The position numbers and the translations under genes are program-made. The notes below the pieces were generated by a model. It had not been told where the DNA came from, searched no databases, and was given only the letters and a program-made list of their open reading frames with translations. A stretch of DNA of 63,407 nucleotides, filler included, from Octopus bimaculoides (taxonomy: Eukaryota), in assembly GCF_001194135.2 (NCBI RefSeq). It is 4 parts of 4 records of this genome, joined end to end, with 100 filler letters (N's around TTAATTAATTAA, not from the genome) between each part and the next. Parts side by side here need not be neighbours in the genome. Positions count along the whole stretch, not along the records: positions 1 to 23,146 come from NC_068989.1; positions 23,247 to 39,972 come from NC_068995.1; 2 more parts are not named here. One strand, written 5' to 3'. This document shows, piece after piece, positions 12,054 to 25,362 of the stretch (within the stretch, counting starts at the first letter, position 1; every line of letters starts with the position of its first letter).

Positions 12054-13033
12054 TACAGTCTTACTCTGTTGGATTGTATGTGTGTGTGTGTGTGTGTGCC
12101 TGTAGTTTGTGACACACACATACCTATTTGCTGACTTTGGGCCTTCAACCATTTAAAAAAATTTCTCTTAGATTATTGTTAACTGAGTTTTATGATTCAA
12201 CCTTGCAGTAGAATGCCTTCTATGTATTATCAAATTGTGCTCTAGTTTTTGACTTGAATGGCTTACCTAGGTAAAATTAAGATCTCTTAACAGTGGAATC
12301 GAAGTTATTTTCTCTACTCAGCTTGAACTTGGTCAGCTATTAATGGCATATCAATTTGCTACCTGACTTTAAATCCTACTGAGAGTTGATAAACAAACAC
12401 CAGTTATATACTGGCATTGAAGTAGATGATTATCGGTTCTTCACAAAATTTGATTAGTTAAAGAAACCCAAAGTTATTGACATTATCTTACCTGGTGCAA
12501 ATTACAGTTACATATATCTATGAATTATGAGCTAGTTATTTGTAGAAAAGATAGGCTAATGTGTGGCATCAGGGTACCACATCACTGAAAATTTTGGCTT
12601 CCTGTATTGCATCTAAGTTGAATTAGTTGTTGGTATCCAACCACCATAATCCAATTATACAATGCTGGCATTTATAAATGTATACTTTACCATGGTACTT
12701 TTTTATTGTGAAGTGGATTTGGTCTCTCATGGGTTATGTTTTTGCACAACACAGCAACAGTAATTCTTTATGAATTACCAGCTAGCTGTGACTCTTATTC
12801 CTTGTGAAATTATACTTCAAGTTTTCTAATATCTTGTATTTTATACAATTCAATTTAGTAAGGAGTAACAGGATTTGATAATACTTCTTTTGAAAGGAAT
12901 TTTGGGTTGAAATTTTAAAATAGAAGACCTAGAGTATTTTTCAAACTACAGGAAATGTGAGTTTGAGTCCTATGGGCAGCTTTCAACTTTTTCTATCCAA
13001 AAAGGATTTTCAACCCAATATTTATGCTTATTA

Positions 13034-13173
13034 TGGCGTTAGGAAGGGCATCCAGCTGTAGAAACTCTGCCAAATCAGATTGGAGCCTGGTGTAGCCATA
13101 CGGTTCACCAGTCCTCAGTCAAATCGTCCATCCCATGCTAGCATGGAAAGCGGACGTTAAACGATGATGATGA
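13034..13173 (+). mobile_element. RTE-type 3' tail repeat (5'-truncated)
   Basis: Near-identical to 224-363, with a (GAT)n tail. Confidence 0.85.
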
Positions 13174-13368
13174 TTATATATAGCTTTGCGTGTGCACTTT
13201 GCGAATATTCCAAGAAAGTATTACTTCATATTCTCTTGAAAGTTTATAAAAATTCTTATGATGTCAACAAATTTATAATTATTTTGTTTGCTTTACTTGA
13301 GCATGAAAGTTATCACAAAAGTTAGTTTGTATGTTTTTTAGTCATTTGTTGTTTTTTTTTCTCTTCAG

Positions 13369-13991
13369 ATGATGACGTCCATGATGAAAATGAAGCAGAA
13401 ATGCTTCGGGCTGATGCTAACATTCCTATCGAGGAATTGGTGGCCAAGTATCAGAAACAGGGCACTCCACAACAACTTGTTGGTAGCAAGAAGAAAAAGA
13501 TATTTGATTCACCTGCTATTCGACCCAAAAAATTAGCTTCAGAAGCATCTGATGATGATGCTGAAGCAGACAGTGGTGTCAGTTCCAGCAGTAGCAGCAT
13601 TGCTAAAATCACAAATGGTCATGCAGATAATGAGAATAATCTTAATACAGAAAAAGAATTCAAAGCTAAAAACTCTGCTGCAGACAGTAGCATATCATCT
13701 GATCGAACTGAACTCCAAAATAATGAGGTAGAAGAAGCAAAGTGTTCAGAAAGTGACACCTCACAAAACTCTGCCCAAGACCTCAAAAGCAATGCTAGTT
13801 CATCCAAAACAGAAACTGTTGCTTCTTCTGCATCCCAACCTTCATCTTCCTCATCATCATCTTCATCAATATCATCATCCTCATCATCTACAACCTCTGC
13901 ATCCACATCATTCAAAGATGATTCTGATGAAGCCCAAGCCTCCAGTTCTTCGTCTGTGCCTGGACCGTCAAGTAGCCATGCTTCAAATTGG
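13369..13991 (+). CDS. PPM1G: PPM1G (PP2C-gamma) internal exon: end of N-terminal catalytic half and start of the Ser-rich/acidic linker
   Basis: Acceptor T-tract-CTCTTCAG, phase 1. (D)DDVHDENEAEMLRADANIPIEELVAKY resembles PPM1G [26 protein letters not shown]. Donor TGG|GTATGT, phase 0. Confidence 0.85.
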
Positions 13992-15321
13992 GTATGTTGA
14001 TGCTGTTTATAGTCAAATGTTATCTTTCACAAATTAAAATATAGACAGTATGTTCAGGCTTAGAAAATTACATATTAATCAAGATTTCTGGACTTCTTTG
14101 CTTCCTTCAACATCATATGTGCTCTCTATTTTCAAAACCTAATTCCATATTATTGATGCAAGCAGCAGTTATGGATAAGTTATTGAATTTTAAAAGCTAA
14201 TCTGCTTATGTTTTGTATTGTGTTAATCATGAAATTGCTTTAATACTTCACTGTCTGCTAAGTAATTCATGTGTGCTATATGTATTTTCCAACCTTCCGA
14301 TGGCACTGTGCCATTTCACATATGTCTATAACTGAATGGTTGACTTTCTTGGAAGCTGGCCAAAAGCCTAGAATCTGAAAATGAACCTGTGGTTAAATTG
14401 CTTGTGTTATAGAAATACCAAGATATTAAAAATTGCAAATGATATCACTGAAAAGGCAAGCTTTACTATGTCTAAAGTAGGCTTCATATATTTTATTATA
14501 GTTTTCTTCCTCTCTTTCATAAAATGCATGTCTAAATAATTGAGGATTTGTTTACAGATTTGAACTAGTATGTTGCTTAACTGAACTGTTTATATCATTA
14601 GGTATTTAATGAATTAGCTTCCTTTATGTACAGTTCAAATCCTATTCCTAGCATTCAAAACAACATAAACAATTTTACTTTCATCCCAGCCACACACACA
14701 TCACAGAACTCAGAGCTATCCACCTATGGAACATCTTATTTTGAGACTACTGTAATTTTTTGCTCCCACTAAACTATCAAACTCATGGTAATTGACGAGA
14801 ATGGTAAATAGAGATCCTTCTAGGAGAAATACAACAGGTAGATTTCGGTTAGGCTTTTTTCAGAGTTCAGGATGTTTCTGTGTACATCATTCACATATAT
14901 TTATTATTACAACATTATAATAAATCAGTTGAAAATATTTACAAAATGGAAACAAACTTATAGATTGCACATATACTTGTCATGCTTCAGTGAGCAGTGT
15001 AGTGTAACTCACCTGATAATTTGTACTAATATTTGAACTCAGAACGTAAAGACAGATGAAATACCACTAAGCATTTTGTCTGGTGTGTTAACGTTTCTGC
15101 CAGCTCGCCGCCTTAAAGAATTTGTCCTAATATTGTTGCATTAACTGGTCAGCTGTAACCGTTTTAAGGGCTACATACTTTGTATTCTTGTTATTGGATT
15201 AGCGAAACAATTATGAGAATGGAATCAAGGGATAAGCCCTGCTTTCCCGGGAATTAATGGGTGTGTCAGCTAGTATANNNNNNNNNNCTGCTTTCCCGGG
15301 AATTAATGGGTGTGTCAGCTA

Positions 15322-15364
<43 letters not shown>

Positions 15365-16649
15365 TACACCCACACACAGGAAGCGACACACACACATATA
15401 TATATAATCTCCATCACATCATTTAATTTTCACCTTTCTTAGATGGGTTAGGTGGAATTTGTTGGGGCATATCTGTGGCTGGATGCCCTTCCTATTGTCA
15501 ACAATTGTCTGTTTCCCATCAAGATAATGCTGTCCATGGTCAGACATGTTTTCCATGGAAAACTGAAATCCTGATGTCAAGACAAAGAGACATGCATACA
15601 AACACACACGCATACATGATGGGATTCTGCCTGTTTTTACCTGCAAAATCTATAATAGAAGGCACTTTCCTAAAGTGCCATGCAGTGTGACCAAAAAGGA
15701 AACTTCTCAACAATGCAGCCATGCCTGCACCAATACACACACACACACACACTCTCGCTCGCTTGCTCATTCACTCATGGTAACATGAAACATGGACATT
15801 AAAAGATATATTGTTTTATTGAAAAATGCTCTTGTACATTAGTCTTTTAGAAATATGTGCATGTGTAGGGAGTATTTCATTTAGGTTACATAAAAGGGTC
15901 TTGTAATAGAATTCCTTTAAGAGATGATCTTATGTTTGTGGGACAAAACATAATCTTTGATATTTCTTTCATTAATCCTTCCTTGTTTTCACTAAAACAT
16001 TTATTAAAATGTATACTTAGTACTTTTGTTTATTTATTTTTTAAAATTCTTTCTATCCCACTCTTGCATCTCATTGTTTGACATCATTCTTTAGGTTTGC
16101 TGTTTATACCAAGTCTATTTACATATTACAAGGCTATAAGCACCAAACTGGATTTGATAGTGATGCCCTAGATAGGGGGTTCATGAGTTTTGGGGGTATG
16201 AAGCTAAGCCATCCTACTTCTCCTGGATCTGCTATGGCTTAGGGTGTCCATGGCTAAGGCATACCAGACTTATAAAGGAGCTGGTCCCTAGGTGTATGTC
16301 ACACGAACTGGTCTCCCTACCTGAGAGTTTATATAGGTCTTGTGCTTTGATGGTAAGTTGAGGAGAGCAAAAGACCAGCAGAGTAAATTGCAAATAAACC
16401 TGCAGAAAGTAGTAGAAAGCCACTGTATTATTTCTCTCTGCAAAACCAGGGATTTTCATGGAGGCCCATGATCACTGACATCTGTATACATGGCAGATGA
16501 TGAAAGAGGGAGAGAAATTATTGTTAGTGTGTAATAAGTAGTTGTTGAATTTTATCCTTCTAGCAGAGTCAAATTTACCTTTCATTCTTCTAGGGCAAAT
16601 AGATAAAACAGCATCTTTGTTCTGGAAAAAGTTTAAATTAAACTAAACA

Positions 16650-17420
16650 TTTCCATTACAGATTGGGACATTTTACCTTCTGGTTCCTTCAGCCTAACAG
16701 CCTCTATGTTCTTCCATCTGCCTATGTCTTTGGTAAGAGTTGGAACTTGAAACCAGTTTGTGCCACAGGTTTACAGGTCATCTTTTAAGGTGTATCTTCA
16801 GGTTTTCTTTGGTCTACCCTTTGGTCTCTTTCTACCAGCTGGTAACCATCTCTTTGCAGTTCTTGCTGAGATATTATCTCCAATTTGTAGGACATGCTCT
16901 ACCACCATGTCCTACTCTTCATGACAAGACTCAGGCGTGTGGCATTTGCTCTTTGAAGCATCTCCTTCTTTGTGATCTCGTCTCGCCATCTATTGCCCAG
17001 GATTTTTTGGAAAGTATCAATATATTTTACAATTCAGGTGGTACTTTTCCATGTGTCAGCAATAACGGTTGTTGAGTTAACAGTTGACCAGAATAACCTT
17101 AATTTGGTTTGTGATGTGAACCTCTTCAATTGCCATATTTATTGGAGTTCGGTGACTACTCCTGCATCTTTGGCAATCTTTTGTAATGATATCCTACTTT
17201 CTGTAGGATATCGTTTTTCCAGTTATCATTGTATTCTCTTTATTGCCAACACTCTATTTTTTAGAACCTCCAGTTTACTTTGCTCAACTGTGCTATTATT
17301 TAGTTTTGAGTAGGAGTCTTGGGACAACATTTTGGTCCCTTGGTTTCAGTTCCCAATGGAAGTATTTCCTTGTATGTTGCTATTGCCCCTGAGGTAATGT
17401 CATTAATGCCATAAATTCCC
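16650..17420 (-). mobile_element. Degraded RTE-clade LINE 3' fragment (second family)
   Basis: Minus strand reads LGNRWRDEITKKEMLQRANAT..RKRPKGRPKKT*RYTLKDDL, with stops and frameshifts. Boundaries approximate. Confidence 0.65.
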
Positions 17421-17586
17421 ACTTTCTCTCTCAATTTTCTATCCTAAAAATATATTACTGGATGCTAATATAAAGTGGTCTCAGTGAGCAGCTAGATTAA
17501 CATGCTTTTGATGTTACATGTTAGCAAGACACTTCATTCTTCATGGTTAAAGCTTTGTTCTAATTTCTCAACTTTTACCATTTAAG

Positions 17587-17750
17587 GAACCCCAACCAGG
17601 CAGCTCTGGATGTTCTCCCAAAAAAAAGTCTCTCCATACAGGTGAGGAAGGTGATATGGAAGGAAAAGTTGAGGATGATGATGATGAAGATGAAGAAGAG
17701 GACGATGAGGAAGATAGTGAATTAGATGAGTCTGATGAAGAATATGAAGG
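17587..17750 (+). CDS. PPM1G: PPM1G internal exon (acidic linker)
   Basis: Acceptor TTTTACCATTTAAG, phase 0. EPQPGSSGCSPKKKSLHTGEEGDMEGKVEDDDDEDEEEDDEEDSELDESDEEYE. Donor GG|GTATGG, phase 2, matches the next exon. Confidence 0.8.
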
Positions 17751-18849
17751 GTATGGAGAAATTTACTTTTTGAGTTCTGAATTTCCTAACATATTTCTTT
17801 CTTTGCTTAAGTTGACCTTTCTTAATTTCTATGCCAGTGTGTCAAGCAAAACATCTTATGATGCAAGTGAAATCACCCTTCTGTCTTCTTTAATCTTCAG
17901 CTTATTGATGTCATCCTCATACAGCATAAATACCTCTTCTCAGATCTACCTTGTGTGAAAATGTATTTTAGTTTGCACATGATGTTATCTCATGGACAAC
18001 AAACAATTGGAAGTCACCATAATAGCTTGACCTTGCAATCGTAGATGATCTCTCAAGGCAATCTTACATAGCAGTGCCAAAACTGTTATAAAGACTAGAA
18101 TTATTCTTTGGAGCTAGAAAATACAGTAAAATACTTCATCTCCTGCTGCACATACAAACATCCTGGACTACCTTCATAAGAAGACTCATTGGATTGACTT
18201 ACTCATTACTAAAACTATACAGTTTCTAGTTCATTGATGTGGTTTTCGTCTTTGTACCTCTTCCATCACTACAACTACATTTCCCTTCTGATTTAGCTTG
18301 CAGCATAGCATCTCTATCCAACACGCATCTCTCTTATCACTCTAGTGCCCATGATTCTTTATAGGACTCCCAATTCTAGTGGAAGGGAAGGTTTCCTCAA
18401 ATCAATGACCTAGCCTGAATACTTGCAACAGAGAAGACTCTACTAAAGTCTTCTAAGGTCTCAAATGGTGGTGATAACTGTTTGATACCAACCTGCTTGA
18501 GACCACCTCTAGTTTTATGATACATTCTCTATATTTTAAAGTGATCTATTTTAAAACCTTTCATAAAATTTTCATGTTAATTTATGTTCTAAACACTGGC
18601 TTAATAATAATGATAGCAATTTAGTAAATTCTCATTATTTCCAAGATTAATTGTAGCAATAGCAGTGTTTTAACAGAAATATGGTAACAAAAGGATTAAA
18701 CTGCATCACAGATTGTCTCCTACCAGGTGGGCCATGCTGGGATTTGAGTTCTTTATGCAAAATATTGGAACAATTATTGAAAGACAGCTAGTCTATTGTT
18801 CTTACATTTTTGTCAATCCCACCCACCACAACAGAATTGATATCCTAAA

Positions 18850-19090
18850 ACCACGGTGTCATGTAAAAAGCACTGGTGATGGTGTCATGCAAAAAGCAGT
18901 GGTGATGGTGCCACATAAAAAGTACCCAGTACACTCTATAAAGTGGTTGGCATTAGGAAGGGCATCCAGCTATAAAAACCATGTCAAAACAGATTATGGA
19001 GCACGGTGCAATCCCTGGCCATGCCAGTTCCTTTTAAGCTGTCCAACCCATGCCGGTATGGAAAACAGATGTTAAATGATGATGATGATC
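18850..19090 (+). mobile_element. Diverged RTE-tail repeat
   Basis: Repeated CATGYAAAAAGCA modules, then GTGGTTGGCATTAGGAAGGGCATCCAGC..GTTAAATGATGATG. Confidence 0.7.
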
Positions 19091-19430
19091 CTGAATTGGT
19101 ATTTTTTTATTGACCTTCAAAGGATGAAAGGTAGTATTAACCTCTGCAAGATTCAAACTTGGAATGCAGAGAACTGGACCGAATACCACTGCATTTTATC
19201 TGGTGCTCTAACAAGTTTACCAATTTCTCTGTAATTGACTGCATTAATCTTACCAATTTGAGAGGCTATGTAGCAGCCATACGTATTGTTCCTCCTTTCA
19301 TTAACTTACAAACAGTTTGTTTTCTCTCCTCACTATTGGTCTTGGGATAATTTGCATTTTATCCATCCGTAGTTGATATAAATCCAAGATATGTATCATT
19401 GTTCTTTATCTTAATGTGTTTTCTGTTCAG

Positions 19431-19530
19431 TGACAGCAGTGATGACAATGGCCTAGATGAAGAAGATGAAGGCGATGATGATGAGGAAGATGATTATGAT
19501 AACCAGAATTTAATGAAAGACAGTGAAGAG
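19431..19530 (+). CDS. PPM1G: PPM1G internal exon (end of acidic linker)
   Basis: Acceptor TTTTCTGTTCAG, phase 2. (G)DSSDDNGLDEEDEGDDDEEDDYDNQNLMKDSEE. Donor GAG|GTGTGT, phase 0, giving the PPM1G ..EE-PG.. junction. Confidence 0.85.
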
Positions 19531-21730
19531 GTGTGTATACCTAGGCCTATTTTCTCCACTCTGTTTTGCTTGTGTTAATTTCTTTTTTCTTTTTTTTTTC
19601 CCATTAAACTTTCACAGCAATGGTTTTTCTGAGAAAAAACAATTTCTGAATTGGTTTTGCAATCCACCATAAATTGATCATTATTTAACCAACATTATTG
19701 TTATGGTTAGTTCTTATTATTTAGTTGTAAGTCAACCCTGATTGACCAGATTTATTCTAAAAGGCATCCCGAGTGTGACCGGTCCATCTTTTTTTTCTTC
19801 AGACATCACAAACTATATTATATAAAATGTCCCCCTTTTTAATACGGTAGATTGTGACTTGATGTAGATTTGGCCAAAAACATGTTAAATAAGGTTGGCT
19901 TCTTTTGTTTAGTGCTAGGTTAGGCCTGATTGAATAGGTCTTTCATCAAAGACCTTCCATTTATGATTATTTCATCTTTTGTGGGACATCAAACTTTCTT
20001 GTCCACTATACTCTTCCTTGTGTCAGAAGGTGTAATGATCTGCGGAATATTTAGCTGTTATTTTTAGCAGTTTGGCCACATAGTCTCCCCTGTTAGCTTG
20101 TAGTTCTGGTTTTTCTTTTATACATTTCAACCCAAATGCTGTGGCCATGTTAGAGAACTGCCAGTGGTTAGTAGATAGATTGGATGACCAATTTAACCAT
20201 TTAGCATTTAAGCCGGCCATATCCAGCCTAAATATTCTCTACCTGTTCTATGTTCAAACTGGCCGGATCTGGCTTTGCACACTTATCCTACAATGTCATT
20301 CTAAGAATAAGCAACTACATCCTCAAAATTTTAATGCTGCGATGTCTTTGCATGATTACTTCAAAACAATTTGATTACATAAGCATTACATTTGACAGAA
20401 TAATCTGTATACTAAAGGGTTAAAAAAAAGAAGTTTCTTGGATACAAATGAAGTGCTTCAGTAACTCCTGTTTTCGTTCAATTTCAGTTTGTGCTACTAA
20501 TGTTTCTTTCCAAGTTACAATGACAATTATTTTTCTGTAAAGATATTGGGATGATATTTTATTAGCTCATTACTTTTATGGCAAGCTGATGGCCTTCTTT
20601 TAGATTGTATTAAGCTGTCTGAAGGTGTCTAACTTCAGTTGTATTGTAAATAGTATTTAACTTGAATTTTTATTGATCTGTTTGTGTTGAGGGGGAAAAT
20701 TGTTTGAAAGAATTTCTAACAGGTGCATATGAAGAACAAGTCACTGTAATTGGACACAGAGAGATGAGGAGAGGAGGTATAAATGTGTTGGATAGATTTA
20801 TATAATGTAGGTCTATTAGAAAGTTCTGCTAGTGTAACAGAAGGGGATTCAGATTAATGGTAGGTTAGAGGTTATACGATGTTGGTGACAGAGAGACCAC
20901 AAAAGAAGTGCAATATTAATTTAAAACATGAGCCAAATGGAAGTATGTTGAGAAGGTAATTGGGCAGTAATTATTTTCTATTCCATACAAGGCCACTGAA
21001 TATTCAAATGAAATATGACAGTAACATTATTTTCTTTTGTAAGTGAACAATTGCCCCATAGTTCAGGTGTGTGAGAATTGGTAGACTGAATAGAACAATT
21101 TACTTGAAAAACAAATAACATTTGGAAACAGAGAGAGCATCAAGCCATAGAAAATCTGCCTTGTAAATGCTCATCTCACTCATGCTTGCATGAAAAGCAA
21201 GGATAAAAAAGATGATGATCCGTATGTGTGTGTGTGCACGTGTGCAGGTCCTGAAAAGTTCCTGCCTTTAACCCTTTCAATACCAACCCAGGTGAAACCA
21301 GCTCTGGCTCTATAGTACAAATGTTTTGTTTTCATAAGTTTTGAATTAAAATCTTCCAACTTTAGTCATAATTTATGTTCCTAACACCAGCTTAATGATA
21401 ACTAAGTGAATTTACTAGATTCTTTGTTATATTTAAAATTAATTTAAAGAAGCACAGAGCATCTCAAAATAAATTTGGTAACAAAAGGGTTATGAAAGGC
21501 CTGGTTGGAGGCCCAACTTTCTGAGTTCTTTCACAGGGCTTAGAAAAACTGAAGGAACACTGCAACAAGTGTGTGAATCTTAGAGGGAAATGTTTTCAAT
21601 AAAATCATAATTAATTGATCCTCTTGTATGTTCTTTAACCAAATTCAGGAACTTTTCAGCATCTTTCATTATAGTTTAGTAAAGAAATTTTGTGTTTCTT
21701 CTAATTAAAGCTTTATACTTTTATTTTTAG

Positions 21731-21965
21731 CCTGGAATGGACAGTGGTTGTACTGCCGTTGTTGCTCTGTTACAAGGACAACGGCTGGTTGTAGCTAATG
21801 CTGGCGACTCACGCTGTGTCTTATGTAGCAACGGCAAAGCTATTGATCTCTCAATTGACCATAAACCTGAAGACGAGGCTGAGAAGTCTCGTATTGAGGC
21901 AGCTGGTGGTAAAGTTACAAGTGATGGACGTGTCAATGGAGGACTTAATCTGTCAAGAGCAATTG
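21731..21965 (+). CDS. PPM1G: PPM1G catalytic-domain exon (PP2C C-terminal half)
   Basis: [79 protein letters not shown] carries the PP2C motifs [12 protein letters not shown] and [14 protein letters not shown]. Acceptor TTTTTAG, donor G|GTAATT, phase 1. Confidence 0.95.
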
Positions 21966-22812
21966 GTAATTTTCAGTTTGGCTATTCCCATTTTCTCTCC
22001 TGATTTTCATTCTTTCTGTAAAATTTCAACTATTTTTATTTTAGGTTTTGTAGTCCTACATGTAAGGTCATACAATATTTATAAAATACGTAGGCGAATG
22101 GGAATCATGGCTAACACATGTTGTTAGGTACTTGATGTGGTTTCCTTTCTACTGCATTCATACTGAACAATGTGCTGATCAATGTGGAAAAATAAACTTT
22201 ACATTTAATTGACATTCTATACATTATTGTTATTATGAATTGTGCAAATATTGCAGATTCCATCCAAATAGTAAGCTTGTTAATCTGCTTCTATTGACAC
22301 CACTTATTGATGCTTTTAGAAAAGAAGTGAATGCCACAACTTCACATTTTCTTTGTAAATCTGAGTCTTTGTACTTAAGCTTGCTTTTGAACCCTTCCTG
22401 AGTTTTAGAGTATCTGTTGAGTAGAATTTACTTGTTGCAAGCATTCAGACTAGATTCTTCATTCACTTACGGTCTTGAAAATATTTGAGTTGCACATGAA
22501 CTGCATCACTCTAACTTGGGGAAATTTTCAAGGCTGTAGTCACTGCTCTGTCTTCTGACCAATTTATAAATCAATGTTATTATAATTAATCACTGATTCT
22601 CAGTGGAGTGAAGCAGTAAAGCAATATTTAGTTGCATTCACTTATGGTGTGAATTAGTCATTGTTAACACTAACTTAACTATTGTTGTTCAAGTGAATGG
22701 CATCTCTGAGTAATTCTTAGTATGTATACAACTAATTTTGAGAGACAGCTGAGGATCACAAGGGATCACTATTTTAAATCAATGAGGTTTGATCCACTAA
22801 TTTATATAATTA

Positions 22813-23146
22813 CTAGCAGAAATACCCGGCTTTGCCCGGGTTAAAGAGAATAATGAAATCTAAAAACGCCGTCTAGACTACGCAACCCTCAACTGTTAGT
22901 AGCTACGATACCATATTTCTACATTATTAACTCTCCAATCCATGCCAGCATGGAACATAGACATTAAGTGGAATGCCAGTCTCTCATCTAGGAGGGCCTT
23001 GAAATCAATGTTACCAACTGGGGACTATGTGTGTCGCAGTGATAATAAAAAGACCCAAAGGAGGTCTGCAACGAAATAATTTTACTCAACACTTTGCAAG
23101 TGAATCAGTAGAGGCAAAGATGCGTCTCATTTACTTGACAATTTAT
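22813..23146 (-). mobile_element. Helitron 3' terminus (body truncated by a gap)
   Basis: Minus strand ends ACCCGG-GCAAAG-CCGGGT hairpin, then ATTTCTG-CTAG|T: hairpin plus CTRR terminus before a T. Locally CpG-rich. Confidence 0.7.
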
Positions 23147-23246
23147 NNNNNNNNNNNNNNNNNNNNNNNNNNNNNNNNNNNNNNNNNNNNTTAATTAATT
23201 AANNNNNNNNNNNNNNNNNNNNNNNNNNNNNNNNNNNNNNNNNNNN
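23147..23246. other. Artificial scaffold join (44 N + TTAATTAATTAA + 44 N)
   Basis: Identical 100-bp geometry at 39973-40072 and 47047-47146. The spacer puts TAA in all six frames. Confidence 0.95.
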
Positions 23247-23826
23247 ATATATATATATATATATATACATATACATCCCACAGTCTTCTCAGATAGCGCC
23301 GTGTATTTACACCTTTTTGTCTACAGCGAGAAATTTTCTCCCAGACAGCACACGTGAATGGCTTGCTTATGGGTTCGAATAAATCTCAAGTATATTTGAA
23401 CTGGTAACAACTTTGTACATACATACATACACACACACACATACACACATATATATACGTATGTATACCCACTCACACGCACTCGAATGCGCGCACGTTC
23501 ATACTCCAACACACACACGCACACACATATTATGCTCTTCAGAATTATCGCACTCTCTGGAGGACGGTGGGTGCTACGTGCGCGCACACGCACTTAGTGT
23601 GAGTAATGTGGGAGCTAGTTTATGTGAGAGGAAGTATATTATGAGGGAGCGGTGATCCAATTTTTAGCAAGAACAAAATAAAAGAGAGGAAGGTATGGTG
23701 AGGGGTTAGATGAGGTGGGAGATAAATAAGAAAGAGAGCAAAGCAGATGGACAAAAAAAAACATCTACCCAGGATACACAGATACATAGATACACACAAC
23801 AAGGCGGGAGAGAAGATGAAGGAAAG

Positions 23827-23864
23827 TAAACTAATTCTTTAGTTCGAACTAAAGAATTAGTTTA
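23827..23864. repeat. Perfect 38-bp spacerless palindrome
   Basis: TAAACTAATTCTTTAGTTC|GAACTAAAGAATTAGTTTA. Confidence 0.9.
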
Positions 23865-24257
23865 AAGCGTGGAAGGCAAAAGAAGGTTGAAAAGTGTAGT
23901 AGTTTAAAGCATAAGGTGAGAGATTTAATGTAAAACGGAAAGTAACATAAACCTTCTCAATTTGTAGTTGTGCACGACTACATGATATAATTTGTCTTTT
24001 TCACATTTAAAACGGTAGGGTGAGAATTGACTGCTGTTTCTGAGAGTTCAAGGGAACATGAAGAATCTCTTGTTGATCAGATTTGTTAACTATAATAATA
24101 GTTTCACAAAAATTGGTCAGACTGTTGATGTTTTTATAAGCTATTGCTTCTAGAACATTTACACGCGTGGAATTATTATTATTTTGTTTGCAGCTAGAGT
24201 TTAATGTTTAGGTATTCTCATATCTGAGAATACATCTTACTTTGATTTTGTTATTTA

Positions 24258-24346
<89 letters not shown>

Positions 24347-24851
24347 GCGTGTCTGTGTTTCAACTATATTGAAAGAATGCTGTAGAGTTCCACCTGACAA
24401 AAACAAATTTACTTTCTAATAACATAAGAAGTAAAGGTTTCGAATTACAGACATAATAAATGTATGTTTTTGTTCTGTAAGTTGAAACAGTGATTGATAT
24501 TTCGGGCACGAAACATCAAATTCTGTTCTAGAAGTATAACATGTAACGTTCATTTATGTCACCCTCCAGAAGATGTGCATAAGTCATGGCTAGGTCATTT
24601 TAAATGTATTTTTATGAATCCGCGCAGCAATCTATTTTATTCGAAGAAATACTCTTAAGACAGCCATGATTCAGTTCAAATTTTAAATCATAGGCCCATA
24701 TAGCATTCTACAAAATAGGAAATTAGGAGTATCAATGGAGTAGAAATTTCAGCAAAAAATATGAGAATGTTATATGTGTTCGGGTGAAGCTTGTGGAATA
24801 AAAAATTTGCCTTTTAACAAAATTGAAAATACTCTATATGCAAAATAGCAT

Positions 24852-24931
<80 letters not shown>

Positions 24932-25145
24932 AGGCGGCGAGCTGGCAGAATCGTTAGCACACTGGACATAATGCTTAGCAGTATTTCATCCGTCGCTACG
25001 TTCGTGTTCAAATTCCACCGAGGTCGACTTTGCCTTTCATCCTTTCGGAAACGATAGATTAAGTACCAGTCAAGTACTGGGGTCGATGTGATCGGGTATC
25101 CTCCTCCCCTCAAATTCCAGGCCTCGTGAGTATAGTAGAAAGGAT
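24932..25145 (+). mobile_element. tRNA-derived SINE family B (CpG-rich copy)
   Basis: AGGCGGCGAGCTGGCAGAATCGTTAGC..GTTCAAATTCCACCGAGGTCGACTTTGCC.., preceded by a (CAT)n(CAG)n(TAG)n microsatellite. Confidence 0.85.
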
Positions 25146-25250
25146 TATTATTATTCAGTAATCTTATTTTTATCACGTGCTTTCACTGCACTACCAAGCG
25201 CAGGTGTGTGTGCCTTGAGTATGTGCTGTAGTCTGTTGTGATGCTCTTAT

Positions 25251-25315
25251 TATTACCTCCGCCTTCTCTAGGGCGGAGGTATTGTTTTCAGTCGTGTTTG
25301 TTTGTTTATTTGTTC

Positions 25316-25362
<47 letters not shown>

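Noticed and set aside
13619-13915. Minus-strand 98-aa acidic ORF
   Set aside because: Antisense shadow of the Ser-rich (TCA/TCT) PPM1G exon; no independent support.
15238-15326. Exact direct repeat of about 39 bp either side of 10 N
   Set aside because: Typical unmerged contig overlap; same pattern at 49850-49930.
21727-21936. Minus-strand 69-aa ORF
   Set aside because: Antisense shadow of the PP2C catalytic exon.
23191-23202. TTAATTAATTAA as a recurrent regulatory or homing-site motif
   Set aside because: Always centred in exactly 44+44 N; an artificial six-frame-stop spacer.
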